A stretch of 64,000 nucleotides of DNA. Origin: a virus. A model generated the notes under the pieces. That model worked only from the letters and a program-made list of their open reading frames with translations. It ran no database searches and was not told where the DNA came from. The stretch spans positions 9,907 through 73,906 of IMG/VR virus record IMGVR_UViG_3300022695_000133, one strand, 5' to 3'. Positions 40,611-50,411 of this stretch are shown here, piece by piece (positions within the stretch are counted from its first letter, which is position 1; each line of letters opens with the position of its first letter). A program made the position numbers and the translations under genes.

Positions 40611-41111
40611 TTACTTATTTACTAAAAGTAATTTAATTTCATTTTCATCTAAAGACGGTAAGTCATATTTATCATGTGATGTTAAAGCCGAATATACTAA
40701 ACACCCAGACTTTTTAGATTGTAAATAATGCAATTGATTTGGTTTAAATTTATATTTTTCCCCAGTCTTATATACTTTACCGCTTATTTTATCAATTAAA
40801 GAACCATTTAATATAGTTCCATATTCATATTCAGAATGATGACTATAAGATTTGATATACCCATTAGGCTTGTAGGACGTTAACAATAATTTAATTTCAT
40901 TATTAAAATTAAGTGCCATTATTTTAACATTATTAGCTAAATTTTTTGGTAAAATTTCCCAATGGTCTTTAATAAACATTATTTCTTCAGATGTAATGTC
41001 TGGAAACGAAATAACAAATCCATTTAGTCTTTTTTTTAAAATTCTAAGCCCATATCTTGCTTTATAAAAATTATCATTCTTAGATTTAAAAATATTTTTA
41101 AATATTCTCAT
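40611..41111 (-). CDS. Cupin-domain protein
   Basis: HHSEYEYGTILNGSL ... GEKYKFKPNQLH cupin motifs. Confidence 0.7.
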   Translation of the reverse strand: MRIFKNIFKSKNDNFYKARYGLRILKKRLNGFVISFPDITSEEIMFIKDHWEILPKNLANNVKIMALNFNNEIKLLLTSYKPNGYIKSYSHHSEYEYGTILNGSLIDKISGKVYKTGEKYKFKPNQLHYLQSKKSGCLVYSALTSHDKYDLPSLDENEIKLLLVNK

Positions 41112-41114
41112 AGT

Positions 41115-41363
41115 TTAATTTTTTGAAACTAAATTTTTTATTTCTCTTAATAAATCCAATATCTTACCCTCAATTTTAGCGGTGTTATTTTCAACAGTGT
41201 TATTTTTTTCTTCCCACAATGTTGTTAATTTTATAACATCTCTAGCCAACGAATCTTTATCCGTCTCAGCTTTTCCTAGTTTAGCCTGTAACCAATATAT
41301 TACCCCACCCAAAACAACAATAACTGGTGCTTGATTCAGTAACCATTCAGATATACTCCCCAT
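41115..41363 (-). CDS. Small single-TM protein with coiled-coil tail (holin-like?)
   Basis: APVIVVLGGVIYWL hydrophobic helix followed by a charged coil. Confidence 0.5.
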   Translation of the reverse strand: MGSISEWLLNQAPVIVVLGGVIYWLQAKLGKAETDKDSLARDVIKLTTLWEEKNNTVENNTAKIEGKILDLLREIKNLVSKN

Positions 41364-41367
41364 TAGA

Positions 41368-42165
41368 TTAATTACTTGACTTATTTAATGATAAGTCATT
41401 CTTTAAAGCGTTTATTTTAATTATTTCTGAAGGGAATTGCTCCTTACTGTATGTGTATTTTAATAATCTATCCTTAGCTTCTAATAATTTTTCTTTTTCA
41501 TTAATTGTAGATTTAGAAATAGAATTATTAATTAGGACAATACATTCATCAATTGTTTTTTTATAAAAGTTCATTTTTGATTTATCATCTCCAAGGGTAA
41601 TTTCTTTAAATAATGATATATCATTATCACTTAAATCATGATATTTTTTATTAAATTTATCAACCATTATAGTTCCGACAGCATCATTTGAAAATACTTC
41701 ATTTTCTTTATTTTCACTAATAAGTGTTTTTTCGTTATTATTAATATAGTTGTTAATATAATAAGAACTTTCTAATAATGAATCTAAGTTTTTTGGGGTC
41801 TTTTTATTTTTAACCAATTTCCATATATTTTCATGTAAAATTTTATTGTCATAGTCATCACATAAATCATACCCATTTTTTTTAAGAAATTTTATTAAAT
41901 AGTTGTTTTCATTAATTATGTTATTAACCCCCAGGTTTTTTAACATAGAAATCGATTCCTTAATATAATTTAAAGACTTATATGCATCTTTTTCCACTTT
42001 ATTTTCAATATTATTATATACATGAAATTGTGTCCTAAGCACGTTACTAGACCTAAGTGTCTTAGCATATTTCTTGAACATTTTTTTATTTTTATTATTG
42101 GCATTTCCAATACCATTAATAAAAATGTTATTAAATGTTTCGTTTATCGTTCCAAAATTTTGCAT
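41368..42165 (-). CDS. Hypothetical protein
   Basis: 265-aa ORF in head module; ATATTTAT at 42188-42181. Confidence 0.75.
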   Translation of the reverse strand: MQNFGTINETFNNIFINGIGNANNKNKKMFKKYAKTLRSSNVLRTQFHVYNNIENKVEKDAYKSLNYIKESISMLKNLGVNNIINENNYLIKFLKKNGYDLCDDYDNKILHENIWKLVKNKKTPKNLDSLLESSYYINNYINNNEKTLISENKENEVFSNDAVGTIMVDKFNKKYHDLSDNDISLFKEITLGDDKSKMNFYKKTIDECIVLINNSISKSTINEKEKLLEAKDRLLKYTYSKEQFPSEIIKINALKNDLSLNKSSN

Positions 42166-42223
42166 TATATTATTTTTTAAATAAATATGAATTAAAGGCT
42201 AAAAAGTTAATATCTAAGTAGTA

Positions 42224-45200
42224 TTATTTTTTTAATTTATTATCAATTTCATTTATCATATTGTTTATTTTATCATTAAATTTTAAATTTTTATTATAAA
42301 TCTTTACATTACTCCTACCAAGTGTTTTAGGATTTGATATTTTATTCAATAATTTATTATAAATGTTCTTATTTTCATGTATTAATTTATTTTTTATTTT
42401 AATCCCTTCATTAGCTTCCTTATCTTCCTCTGATTTATTATCATCGTTAGTTAAATCATTTGATTTTAAAGTATCACCCATATCATCTCCATTCTCCCCA
42501 CCAATATCATCATCAATATTATCTAAGTCTAAATCTGGGGCATCATCAAACCCACCTCCGAACCCACCTCCGAACCCACCTCCGAATCCACCGCTCTTAT
42601 TATCTTTACTAATTTCCTTAGCCTCTTCATCGGTTTGCCCACCCTTCATTGCAATATCCATATCGCCATAAACTCTATCTACTTTATCATAAAATCCAGT
42701 GTGTTTAATTACCCTATGAGTGTTTTCAAGTTCAGATGCCGCAGCTCTTTCAATTCTTTGTTCAATTAAATCTTCTTTTATTTCATCATTACTCCACCCT
42801 AAAATTTCTTTTTTAGCCCTAGTCATTGACATAGGTGAAAATCCATTTCCACCATCAGAGACAGCATCTTTATATAAACTAATTTTTGAGGCAGTTTGTT
42901 CTATTTTTAACATTTCTGCTTGGGTTGATGGATTATTTAATGATAATGTAAAATTATCTAAATCATCATTAAACCCTAGTAAATATAAATGTATAATTGC
43001 AATTTTATTTAATTCATGAAGCATTGCTTGTTGAATTCTATTAATTGTTCTTGAAAATCTAATATCTTGTAGCGCCAAATTTTTACCCTCTCCAGTTGCT
43101 TCTTCAAAACCTAAAAAAGTTTTAGGAACTCGTAGTGCAGTGAATAATTTCTTTTGTAAATATTCAATATCGGCTATCTGGTCTAAATTTGAATTTTTAA
43201 TAAAAACACCACTTTCTATTGCAAATGTGTGATAATCATGATAAATATCATTACCGTCCACAGTAATAGTACCAGTATCCATTTTAGTGTTCAACCAATC
43301 AATTTTTACTATTTTATGATTATACGTATTATCAAATTCAGTTATTAATTCTGGGGATTGATTTTCATAAATATCATCAGAAATAAAATGCTTTTTAAGT
43401 CCTTTAGATTTCATAAATTCATTAACCATTATATCTGTATAAACCCATTTTCTTTCAGCATTATCCCAAACTTTTTCATGCTTTTTAAAATCTTTGTTTA
43501 TAGATTCATTTTCGTCATTTCTATAAAATGGCATTAAAGAATCACCCACAATAAGATTATTGGCTTCAACAAATCCTTTTACCCTATGCAACCATTTATG
43601 GTCAGGTGTGGTAATAATTGACTCTCCGTTATCTAAAGTTATTTTAATTACATCTGCGTTTTTTCTTGTTTCACCAGCCCAAGTTATTATACCAGGTGCT
43701 AATTTTCCATTTTTAGGGTCACAAGAATACACCCACAAATCTCGATTACCAAAGTTCCACTCATTAATTATCTCATTTAATGATAATGTTCTACCATCTA
43801 AAAGTGGGATTCGTGTATCTAATGAAATACATGCGCCTGGAAGTGTATCAATGGGCGTTTCTGCATTTTCGGTTCTAACAGGAACAAATATATCTTGGTC
43901 ATACCCAAGTTGGTTATATCTCAAATCCATTTGACCAGTTTGAGGGTCAACCAATGGTGCTCTTTTAAACCTATTTGCTATTTCATTAACATATTGTTCA
44001 ACATCCTTATTATCTATATTACCAACATATATTTTATATACACGTCTTTCTGGTGCTCTGGTTACACGATAAACCAGCATCGCATCTTCAGATAAAATTA
44101 ATTGTTTCCAAATACGCCTAACTTTTTCTAAAAATGAGGTTCCATATGGTAATTTTCTATCATCACCTAATAATCTAAAATGGGCTATTTGCCAAGAATT
44201 AAACGTTATATCCCTACCTTTCCAGAAAAATTTTGTTTTGTTTTGTGTTTCATCCTGGTTTGTTCCATTTAATTGGGATGGTGATATAATACCATTAACA
44301 TTATTTTCCCTTCGTTCAATCTCAAAGTTTGGTAATTGCCTAGCACCCATGATTCCAGCCTTATCGTCTATATTTAAATTAATGAAATTATCGCCGAATT
44401 TACAAAGATTTCGTGTCCACATTGGTAGTGAAGTGTGAATATCTAATCTATTTACAAATAAATCCTCTAAAATATTTTTAACCCTTTTGCTATCCGAAAA
44501 TACGTTTATGATTTTACCTTTATCATTTGGTGTGCAATTATGCAAAATCACCATACCCGTGTTACACATAACCCCAAAATTTGAAAATTCTCCAACATTT
44601 AAAATGTCATAAGTTTTTTCATTACCTTTGGATTTAATTGAAATTACTTTATGTTTACCTGTTAATATTTTTTCATCTCCATTTTTATTTATTTTACTAT
44701 AAATAGAACTTAATGACATGCCATTACTCAAATCCCTTGTTTCAGCCCAAATACCCTCACTTGTTAACCATTTATGGTCTGCTGTTGCCGTTATTATAGT
44801 GCCATCGTCCAAAGTTACACCAAAGACACTTTTTACGCCCTTATAAACTACTGAATCAGCTTTACCTGTAGTAAATTCTTTATTATTTGGATTAATTGAA
44901 TAAACTAAAAAATCTTTTAATTTATCCTCATATAATTCTTCGAGAGTTTTAATATCCCCATTTAATAGTTTAATTTTAGTTTCACCGACCAAACATGATT
45001 CTTCCATCATAATATCTAATGCGGCTGAAATTTCTGGGTAAAATTCCATAGTTTCAAAGTCTGAATAAGAACCAATTCTAGTGGTTTCATAATGAATTGC
45101 TTGCTGATATAATTCACCATCAACTTTATTCCACATACCAGCCAAATATTTATTTTGCTGTGCTTGTAATTTAGCTGCCTCAAATTCTTCCTTTGACTGG

Positions 45201-45319
45201 GTTTTTAATAACTCACCTTTATTTAAATTATATATATTTTTTTTATAATTAGTTCTTACACCCTGTTTCCCAAAAACATCACCAAGTTGTTGAAATATTG
45301 TTGCTTTTTTATTTTTCAT
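42224..45319 (-). CDS. gp20: Portal protein, T4 gp20-like, with two inteins
   Basis: YPEISAALDI, IAHFRL...PYGTSFLEKVRRIWKQL..SEDAMLVYRVTRAPERRVYKI, IDTLPG, DIEYLQKKLFTALRVP. Confidence 0.95.
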   Translation of the reverse strand: MKNKKATIFQQLGDVFGKQGVRTNYKKNIYNLNKGELLKTQSKEEFEAAKLQAQQNKYLAGMWNKVDGELYQQAIHYETTRIGSYSDFETMEFYPEISAALDIMMEESCLVGETKIKLLNGDIKTLEELYEDKLKDFLVYSINPNNKEFTTGKADSVVYKGVKSVFGVTLDDGTIITATADHKWLTSEGIWAETRDLSNGMSLSSIYSKINKNGDEKILTGKHKVISIKSKGNEKTYDILNVGEFSNFGVMCNTGMVILHNCTPNDKGKIINVFSDSKRVKNILEDLFVNRLDIHTSLPMWTRNLCKFGDNFINLNIDDKAGIMGARQLPNFEIERRENNVNGIISPSQLNGTNQDETQNKTKFFWKGRDITFNSWQIAHFRLLGDDRKLPYGTSFLEKVRRIWKQLILSEDAMLVYRVTRAPERRVYKIYVGNIDNKDVEQYVNEIANRFKRAPLVDPQTGQMDLRYNQLGYDQDIFVPVRTENAETPIDTLPGACISLDTRIPLLDGRTLSLNEIINEWNFGNRDLWVYSCDPKNGKLAPGIITWAGETRKNADVIKITLDNGESIITTPDHKWLHRVKGFVEANNLIVGDSLMPFYRNDENESINKDFKKHEKVWDNAERKWVYTDIMVNEFMKSKGLKKHFISDDIYENQSPELITEFDNTYNHKIVKIDWLNTKMDTGTITVDGNDIYHDYHTFAIESGVFIKNSNLDQIADIEYLQKKLFTALRVPKTFLGFEEATGEGKNLALQDIRFSRTINRIQQAMLHELNKIAIIHLYLLGFNDDLDNFTLSLNNPSTQAEMLKIEQTASKISLYKDAVSDGGNGFSPMSMTRAKKEILGWSNDEIKEDLIEQRIERAAASELENTHRVIKHTGFYDKVDRVYGDMDIAMKGGQTDEEAKEISKDNKSGGFGGGFGGGFGGGFDDAPDLDLDNIDDDIGGENGDDMGDTLKSNDLTNDDNKSEEDKEANEGIKIKNKLIHENKNIYNKLLNKISNPKTLGRSNVKIYNKNLKFNDKINNMINEIDNKLKK
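43193..43831 (-). other. Mini-intein 2 in portal (213 aa)
   Basis: PGA|CISLDTRIPLLDG ... TPDHKW ... GVFIKN|S; penultimate Lys instead of His; no LAGLIDADG. Confidence 0.92.
44537..44995 (-). other. Mini-intein 1 in portal (153 aa)
   Basis: EES|CLVGETKIKLLNG ... TADHKW ... YDI ... VILHN|C. Confidence 0.93.
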
Positions 45320-45383
45320 TTTAATTAATTAATTATGATATATTATACTAACTATTTTAGTAAATATCAATAGAATTGTAATA

Positions 45384-48140
45384 TTATCTTGTTCCACTAA
45401 ATAACCACATATATTTACCAGTAGGGTCTTGCATGTTTCTACTAACAACTGGGCTAAATTTTGGTTTTTTTGCCGATTTAACCCCCCTATCTTTTTTAGA
45501 TACAAAATTATCACCCTCATAAGCAGAATCATCTTCATTATTAGCCATAATCCATCCACTTAACATCGCTTTTGCCATTTCTTTAGATTTCTTTAACTTT
45601 TTAAATGATGTGTCTATAACCCATAATGCCATAGCCAATGCCATAAGTAAATCGTCATGATACCCATCTTGATGGTCAGCTCTCCCATTTTTATAAATAA
45701 AACTTTCCATTTCATTTATTAATCTTGCAGACCTAACCTTAATACCATTTGTTCTTATCATGAATTCAAGATGGGAGACCATTGGGGTTCTAAGCCCAGC
45801 CCAAACATTAAACCCAGGATACTTACCTATATTTGTTTGAAATTCAATATTATGTGTTAATTTTTCTAAAGGTTTAGCCGCATTTTCGCCATAGTACAAA
45901 TTAGGTGTTTTTAATTCTAGTAATTTATTAATAGTACCAACACCCATACCACCTGTAATATCAACAACAACTAATGCATTATAAATTCTAGCATATTCAT
46001 CAATAATATAGGCTAGCAAATCTGGTTGAACCTTACCTTTATATTCCATGACTTCGTTCATAGTGTCAAAATCAAGAATAATAATTGTTGAGGAATCTGC
46101 CCCATCACCTCTAGAAACATCAGAACTTAATATGTATTTATGCCCCTTTATCGGTTTTTCCCAAACCCATATTTTATCATTTTTATCGGAAATAAATAAT
46201 GGGGGTTTTTTATTGTATCTTTCTTGAAATTTTATATACTTGTTATCAATCACATTACCACCAGACCCAATAAAAGAAACATCTAATTCTTGGGCAATCA
46301 TCTTATGGTCACCATTTAATCCACGGCACATTTCTCTATACCAACTAGAAGTTGGATTATATCCATCTTTTATTAATTTGGTATAATGCTCATGTGTAAA
46401 TTCAACCTCAGTTATTATATCATTTTTATTATTTTCATGTATCCATTTTAAATCTTTATTATATCTTGGGTCTTGATACCACTTCATTTCAACAATGTGA
46501 AAGTCATTATCCCCTTCTATAGAATTATGATATGTTTTATAATATAATTTATCTTTACCATTTGGTGTTGATATTAATGTAGCTCTACCACCAGTGTTAT
46601 GGCTAATAAATCCATTAGAAATAAATGAATTAGTAGATGGTACGTGTAAGTCATATGTATAGTTTTCAGATTTTTCTATGCTAACAATTTCATCTATATA
46701 ATTTTTTGCTTTTGTTTTATTATATTTTTTATTTTTAAATATTTTATTAATAAATTTATTTATATGGTGAGTCTTAATTTTTAAAGTATATTTATTTTTT
46801 TTATCTTTAATTTTTGATATTATACCCAGATTAAGCAATAGAATTTGTATAATCTTAACATTATTTTTAGAAATAAAACTATATTCTATTTTTTTGGAAA
46901 TAAAACTACCATTTATCTCAAAAATCCCACGTAAAAATTTAATAATGGTTTTTTCATCCATTTCTAATAATTCTAATGGTATTTCTGCGCTATTAAAATT
47001 TAACTTATTGAGTAAATTAATTAGGTCTGATGAAGTCGATTCAAAAACATGACTTTTGGTCTCATTAAATTTATGGTTTGCTTCCCCTAAAATATATAAT
47101 AAAAAATATTTAATATAAATTTTTTTATTATAATTTTTTATTACTATTTTATTATTATATATTTCTCCACCCCCGCATAATAATCCAGCTAAATAAGCAA
47201 TGCATGGGTTTAAACTTTTAACATTCCCAAAATAATTTTGATTATATTGAATTATTGGTTTATCGCCAATTGCCAATTCATTTAATTTAACCCAATCATT
47301 ATTATCACCTCTTTTAATCATAATTGGGTGCTTCCAACTACCCTCTAATATGAGGCCTAATTTAGTTTTTATTTTGAATGTTTCGCCAAATTCACTAACA
47401 AATGTTTTGGTTATGTTACTTAAATTTCCATTCTTATTACATACTTTATGTTGAATATTAGCTTTACTAAATCCGATTTTGTTTTTTTCTTTAATTAGAT
47501 TATCCAAAGGTATTAACCCATTATCAGTTAAAATTAAGCTATCTTTTGTGATACAACCTAATGCTGTTAATGCCGCCCCAAATACCTTATCACCATTTTC
47601 AATAAAAGCCGCCTCATCCATTATAAGTACTGTTGGGGTAAACCCACGTAAGGCATCTTTAGACGTGGCAACTGCTTTAATTCTACTTTTGTTTGGTAAT
47701 TTTATTTCTTTTTTTGAATCAATTAAAAATATAGGCTTTTCTAATTTTTTTTCTGAACCATAATATTCATTGCCCCAAACCCATCTAGGAATTTGTATTA
47801 AAAATCCCTTAATTTTATCCAAAAACTCAAATGACATATCTTGTTTATTGGCCAATATTAAAATTTGCTCTGGATTTTTTGGGCTGGCAAATGCCGTTAG
47901 AATTGATAAGTAAGCGGCTGTAGTTGTTGTAACACCAGCTTGTCTAGGTTTAGTAACCATGTTAAACCTATGCTCTATGTATGAATTTATAATTTCTTTT
48001 TGCTTTTGGAATAATTTAAATGGTACAAACCCATTTTGTGTTTTATCAAAAGTTTCTAAGTAATTTTCTATTGCGTATATAGGGTCATCTAAACATTTAT
48101 AGTATTCTTCTAATATTTCATGAGCAGTAAGATTAAGCAT
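45384..48140 (-). CDS. gp17: Terminase large subunit, T4 gp17-like, with intein
   Basis: KPRQAGVTT (Walker A), LIMDEAAF (Walker B), LISTPNG, DVSRGDG, HDDLLMA. Confidence 0.96.
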   Translation of the reverse strand: MLNLTAHEILEEYYKCLDDPIYAIENYLETFDKTQNGFVPFKLFQKQKEIINSYIEHRFNMVTKPRQAGVTTTTAAYLSILTAFASPKNPEQILILANKQDMSFEFLDKIKGFLIQIPRWVWGNEYYGSEKKLEKPIFLIDSKKEIKLPNKSRIKAVATSKDALRGFTPTVLIMDEAAFIENGDKVFGAALTALGCITKDSLILTDNGLIPLDNLIKEKNKIGFSKANIQHKVCNKNGNLSNITKTFVSEFGETFKIKTKLGLILEGSWKHPIMIKRGDNNDWVKLNELAIGDKPIIQYNQNYFGNVKSLNPCIAYLAGLLCGGGEIYNNKIVIKNYNKKIYIKYFLLYILGEANHKFNETKSHVFESTSSDLINLLNKLNFNSAEIPLELLEMDEKTIIKFLRGIFEINGSFISKKIEYSFISKNNVKIIQILLLNLGIISKIKDKKNKYTLKIKTHHINKFINKIFKNKKYNKTKAKNYIDEIVSIEKSENYTYDLHVPSTNSFISNGFISHNTGGRATLISTPNGKDKLYYKTYHNSIEGDNDFHIVEMKWYQDPRYNKDLKWIHENNKNDIITEVEFTHEHYTKLIKDGYNPTSSWYREMCRGLNGDHKMIAQELDVSFIGSGGNVIDNKYIKFQERYNKKPPLFISDKNDKIWVWEKPIKGHKYILSSDVSRGDGADSSTIIILDFDTMNEVMEYKGKVQPDLLAYIIDEYARIYNALVVVDITGGMGVGTINKLLELKTPNLYYGENAAKPLEKLTHNIEFQTNIGKYPGFNVWAGLRTPMVSHLEFMIRTNGIKVRSARLINEMESFIYKNGRADHQDGYHDDLLMALAMALWVIDTSFKKLKKSKEMAKAMLSGWIMANNEDDSAYEGDNFVSKKDRGVKSAKKPKFSPVVSRNMQDPTGKYMWLFSGTR
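46596..47555 (-). other. Intein in terminase (320 aa) with degenerate LAGLIDADG domain
   Basis: ALG|CITKDSLILTDNG ... YDLHVP ... NGFISHN|T; internal YLAGLLCGGG and FLRGIFEINGS. Confidence 0.92.
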
Positions 48141-48152
48141 TCTTTTTTACTA

Positions 48153-48161
48153 TATAAATAT
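48153..48161 (-). promoter_or_regulatory. ATATTTATA candidate late promoter (terminase)
   Basis: 12 nt upstream of ATG 48140. Confidence 0.5.
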
Positions 48162-48190
48162 AAAAAAATACTAATTAGAGTTATATGCAT

Positions 48191-48220
48191 AAAAAAAACA
48201 CTAATTTTAGTGTTTTTTTT
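48191..48220. terminator. Bidirectional intrinsic terminator
   Basis: A8-CACTA-ATTT-TAGTG-T8 symmetric hairpin. Confidence 0.7.
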
Positions 48221-48257
48221 ATTATTCTCGATAAAACCTAGTTATTCATATTTTTTT

Positions 48258-49484
48258 TTAGAACCAAACTTCATCATCTATATTATCTAAATCCTCTGGA
48301 GTAAAATTATCATCATCATCTAAATGAGACATTGCGTCATCAAATTCATCATTTTTAAAATCATCTTTTATCTTATCTATTATCTCTTTAATTTTATTTT
48401 TACCAGTTATATTACCCATCATGATTTCTCTCATTGTAGTATTAAATTCATCAAGGGGTAGTGCCACCAAATCTATGAAAATATGATGTTTTAATTCAAA
48501 ATCTTCTGGGGGGATTGATTCTATAAATTTTTCCCATATTGGGGGACCTAATCTCATATCCCAAGGTTCTGCATACATAAAATCTGCTTTGTCCATCACA
48601 TACTTAGCTGTTTTTGGGTCCTTTGGTAAGCCATGAGATGCTAGAATTTCCATAACCCCCTTAACTAGTTCATGAATTAGGACTGGTAGTGTCATAGCTT
48701 TAGCTATTATTTTAATCCTATTTCCATCTACTTTAGGAAACTCAACTGAAACCCTACCCCCAATTAATTTGGGTAATGATACCTTATCATCATTCAGCAT
48801 ATAAGCATAGTCAGCACCACTAATTAATTTTGAGTAAAGCATCGGTAATAACGGTTCTAGCTCTTCTAATTCATGGTCAATTAAATTAAACATGTGATTT
48901 GTTTTTTTTGCTGACCCTTGAATTAATGCATTAATAAAACGCCTTTTATATACCTCTTTATTAGCATTAACCAATTCTTCATGATTATCAAATTTAACAT
49001 CACTCTCAGATGGAAATTCCTTAATGTCTCCAGATGATATGTCTGTTGTTAAATTAGCAATAATCTCTACTTCAGACTCATCCATATCAAATTCTTTTCT
49101 AACTAACTCAATTGCCATTATTTGTAAGGCATTTTTATGTTTAATTTCCAATTGTATTATGTCCTTTAATAGACTTGCTTGATTCATAGCTAAACGTTTA
49201 GCATCAATATAATCATCCCCATTATATCTCTTAAATGTTTTTAGTACATCAGTAAATCGTTTTGACATTAATTTTTCTTCAAAATTAGTTTCGTCACTAT
49301 CTGGGAAAATAGGATGTGCGCCTAAAGAATGAGTTCTATCTTTTAATTGTTTTGCTAAACCTGGATGTAAGCGTTCACTATACTTATCCTCATAAACGAT
49401 TCTACTTTCAAATACTAGCTTATCCACTTTTTTTTCGTTTAATTTATTTAGTATTTTATTAGCTAAATTAGTGTATTTATCCAT
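48258..49484 (-). CDS. Hypothetical protein
   Basis: 408-aa ORF. Confidence 0.8.
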   Translation of the reverse strand: MDKYTNLANKILNKLNEKKVDKLVFESRIVYEDKYSERLHPGLAKQLKDRTHSLGAHPIFPDSDETNFEEKLMSKRFTDVLKTFKRYNGDDYIDAKRLAMNQASLLKDIIQLEIKHKNALQIMAIELVRKEFDMDESEVEIIANLTTDISSGDIKEFPSESDVKFDNHEELVNANKEVYKRRFINALIQGSAKKTNHMFNLIDHELEELEPLLPMLYSKLISGADYAYMLNDDKVSLPKLIGGRVSVEFPKVDGNRIKIIAKAMTLPVLIHELVKGVMEILASHGLPKDPKTAKYVMDKADFMYAEPWDMRLGPPIWEKFIESIPPEDFELKHHIFIDLVALPLDEFNTTMREIMMGNITGKNKIKEIIDKIKDDFKNDEFDDAMSHLDDDDNFTPEDLDNIDDEVWF

Positions 49485-50013
49485 TTTTTTTGTTTGTTAT
49501 AAATTTTATTAAATCTTTCTTTTTAATTTTGGGGTTAATTGATTTAACATTAACTTTTTTTACTTTATTTTCAACAAGATTTTTCATTAGCCCCTTGAAT
49601 TCAGACTCACCTTTTATTCCATATTTAACTCTTCTATTATCGGAACCAGAATATAATGAATTAACCTCATCATTATCATTCTTAAATCTTAAATTTATGC
49701 CATAAATAAAGTTTTTCATATAATTAAACATGTCTATTTTTTTATCTTTAGATAAATTATTTAGGTCATGCCCTAAAACGCCCAAAATTTTATTAAAAAA
49801 ATCATATTCTTTTGCATTTTCAAGATTTTCTTTTGTGGTATCATTTTCACTAACATCACTATCATTTTTGTCTGAATTAGATAATGTTACGCTACCATCA
49901 TTACCAGCAGCCGTTCTTAGCTTTTTAATTGCTTGCCCATCTATATTTTGCCCATATTCATCATCAGTGTTTACGGTAATATTTAAACCAGTTTCGTTTA
50001 CTTTTTTAATCAT
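49477..50013 (-). CDS. Hypothetical protein
   Basis: 178-aa ORF, coupled. Confidence 0.75.
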   Translation of the reverse strand: MIKKVNETGLNITVNTDDEYGQNIDGQAIKKLRTAAGNDGSVTLSNSDKNDSDVSENDTTKENLENAKEYDFFNKILGVLGHDLNNLSKDKKIDMFNYMKNFIYGINLRFKNDNDEVNSLYSGSDNRRVKYGIKGESEFKGLMKNLVENKVKKVNVKSINPKIKKKDLIKFITNKKNG

Positions 50014-50411
50014 ATTTTAAGTTTTTTTTCGTATTCTATTTTTATTTCCCTCTCATTTAATTTTTTCTCAACATCGCCTAGTTTTAAGCCAAATGGGAAA
50101 ACTAATCTAGGGTTTGGATACTCTTCACCCTCTAGCATTTCCCAGCTCAATGGTATTACCCCATCTTGCGCATCCCACAATGAAAATTGTTCATTATTTT
50201 GGGCAACATTTAATTTAAATGGTATAATAATTCTACCGATTTCTTTGATTAATTCTTCTCTAGGTGGTTTTGGGTGACCACCAGCAGGGTAAGCATCCCA
50301 ATCTATACCATCTATGTTAAGAGTAGTATCTGAAAATAAAAATTCATAAAAATTTTTATCTTTATAATTAGCCCCAAGTTCATGAACATATATTAAATAT
50401 AGGTCTTTCAT
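50010..50411 (-). CDS. Hypothetical protein
   Basis: 133-aa ORF, ATGA-coupled. Confidence 0.75.
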   Translation of the reverse strand: MKDLYLIYVHELGANYKDKNFYEFLFSDTTLNIDGIDWDAYPAGGHPKPPREELIKEIGRIIIPFKLNVAQNNEQFSLWDAQDGVIPLSWEMLEGEEYPNPRLVFPFGLKLGDVEKKLNEREIKIEYEKKLKI

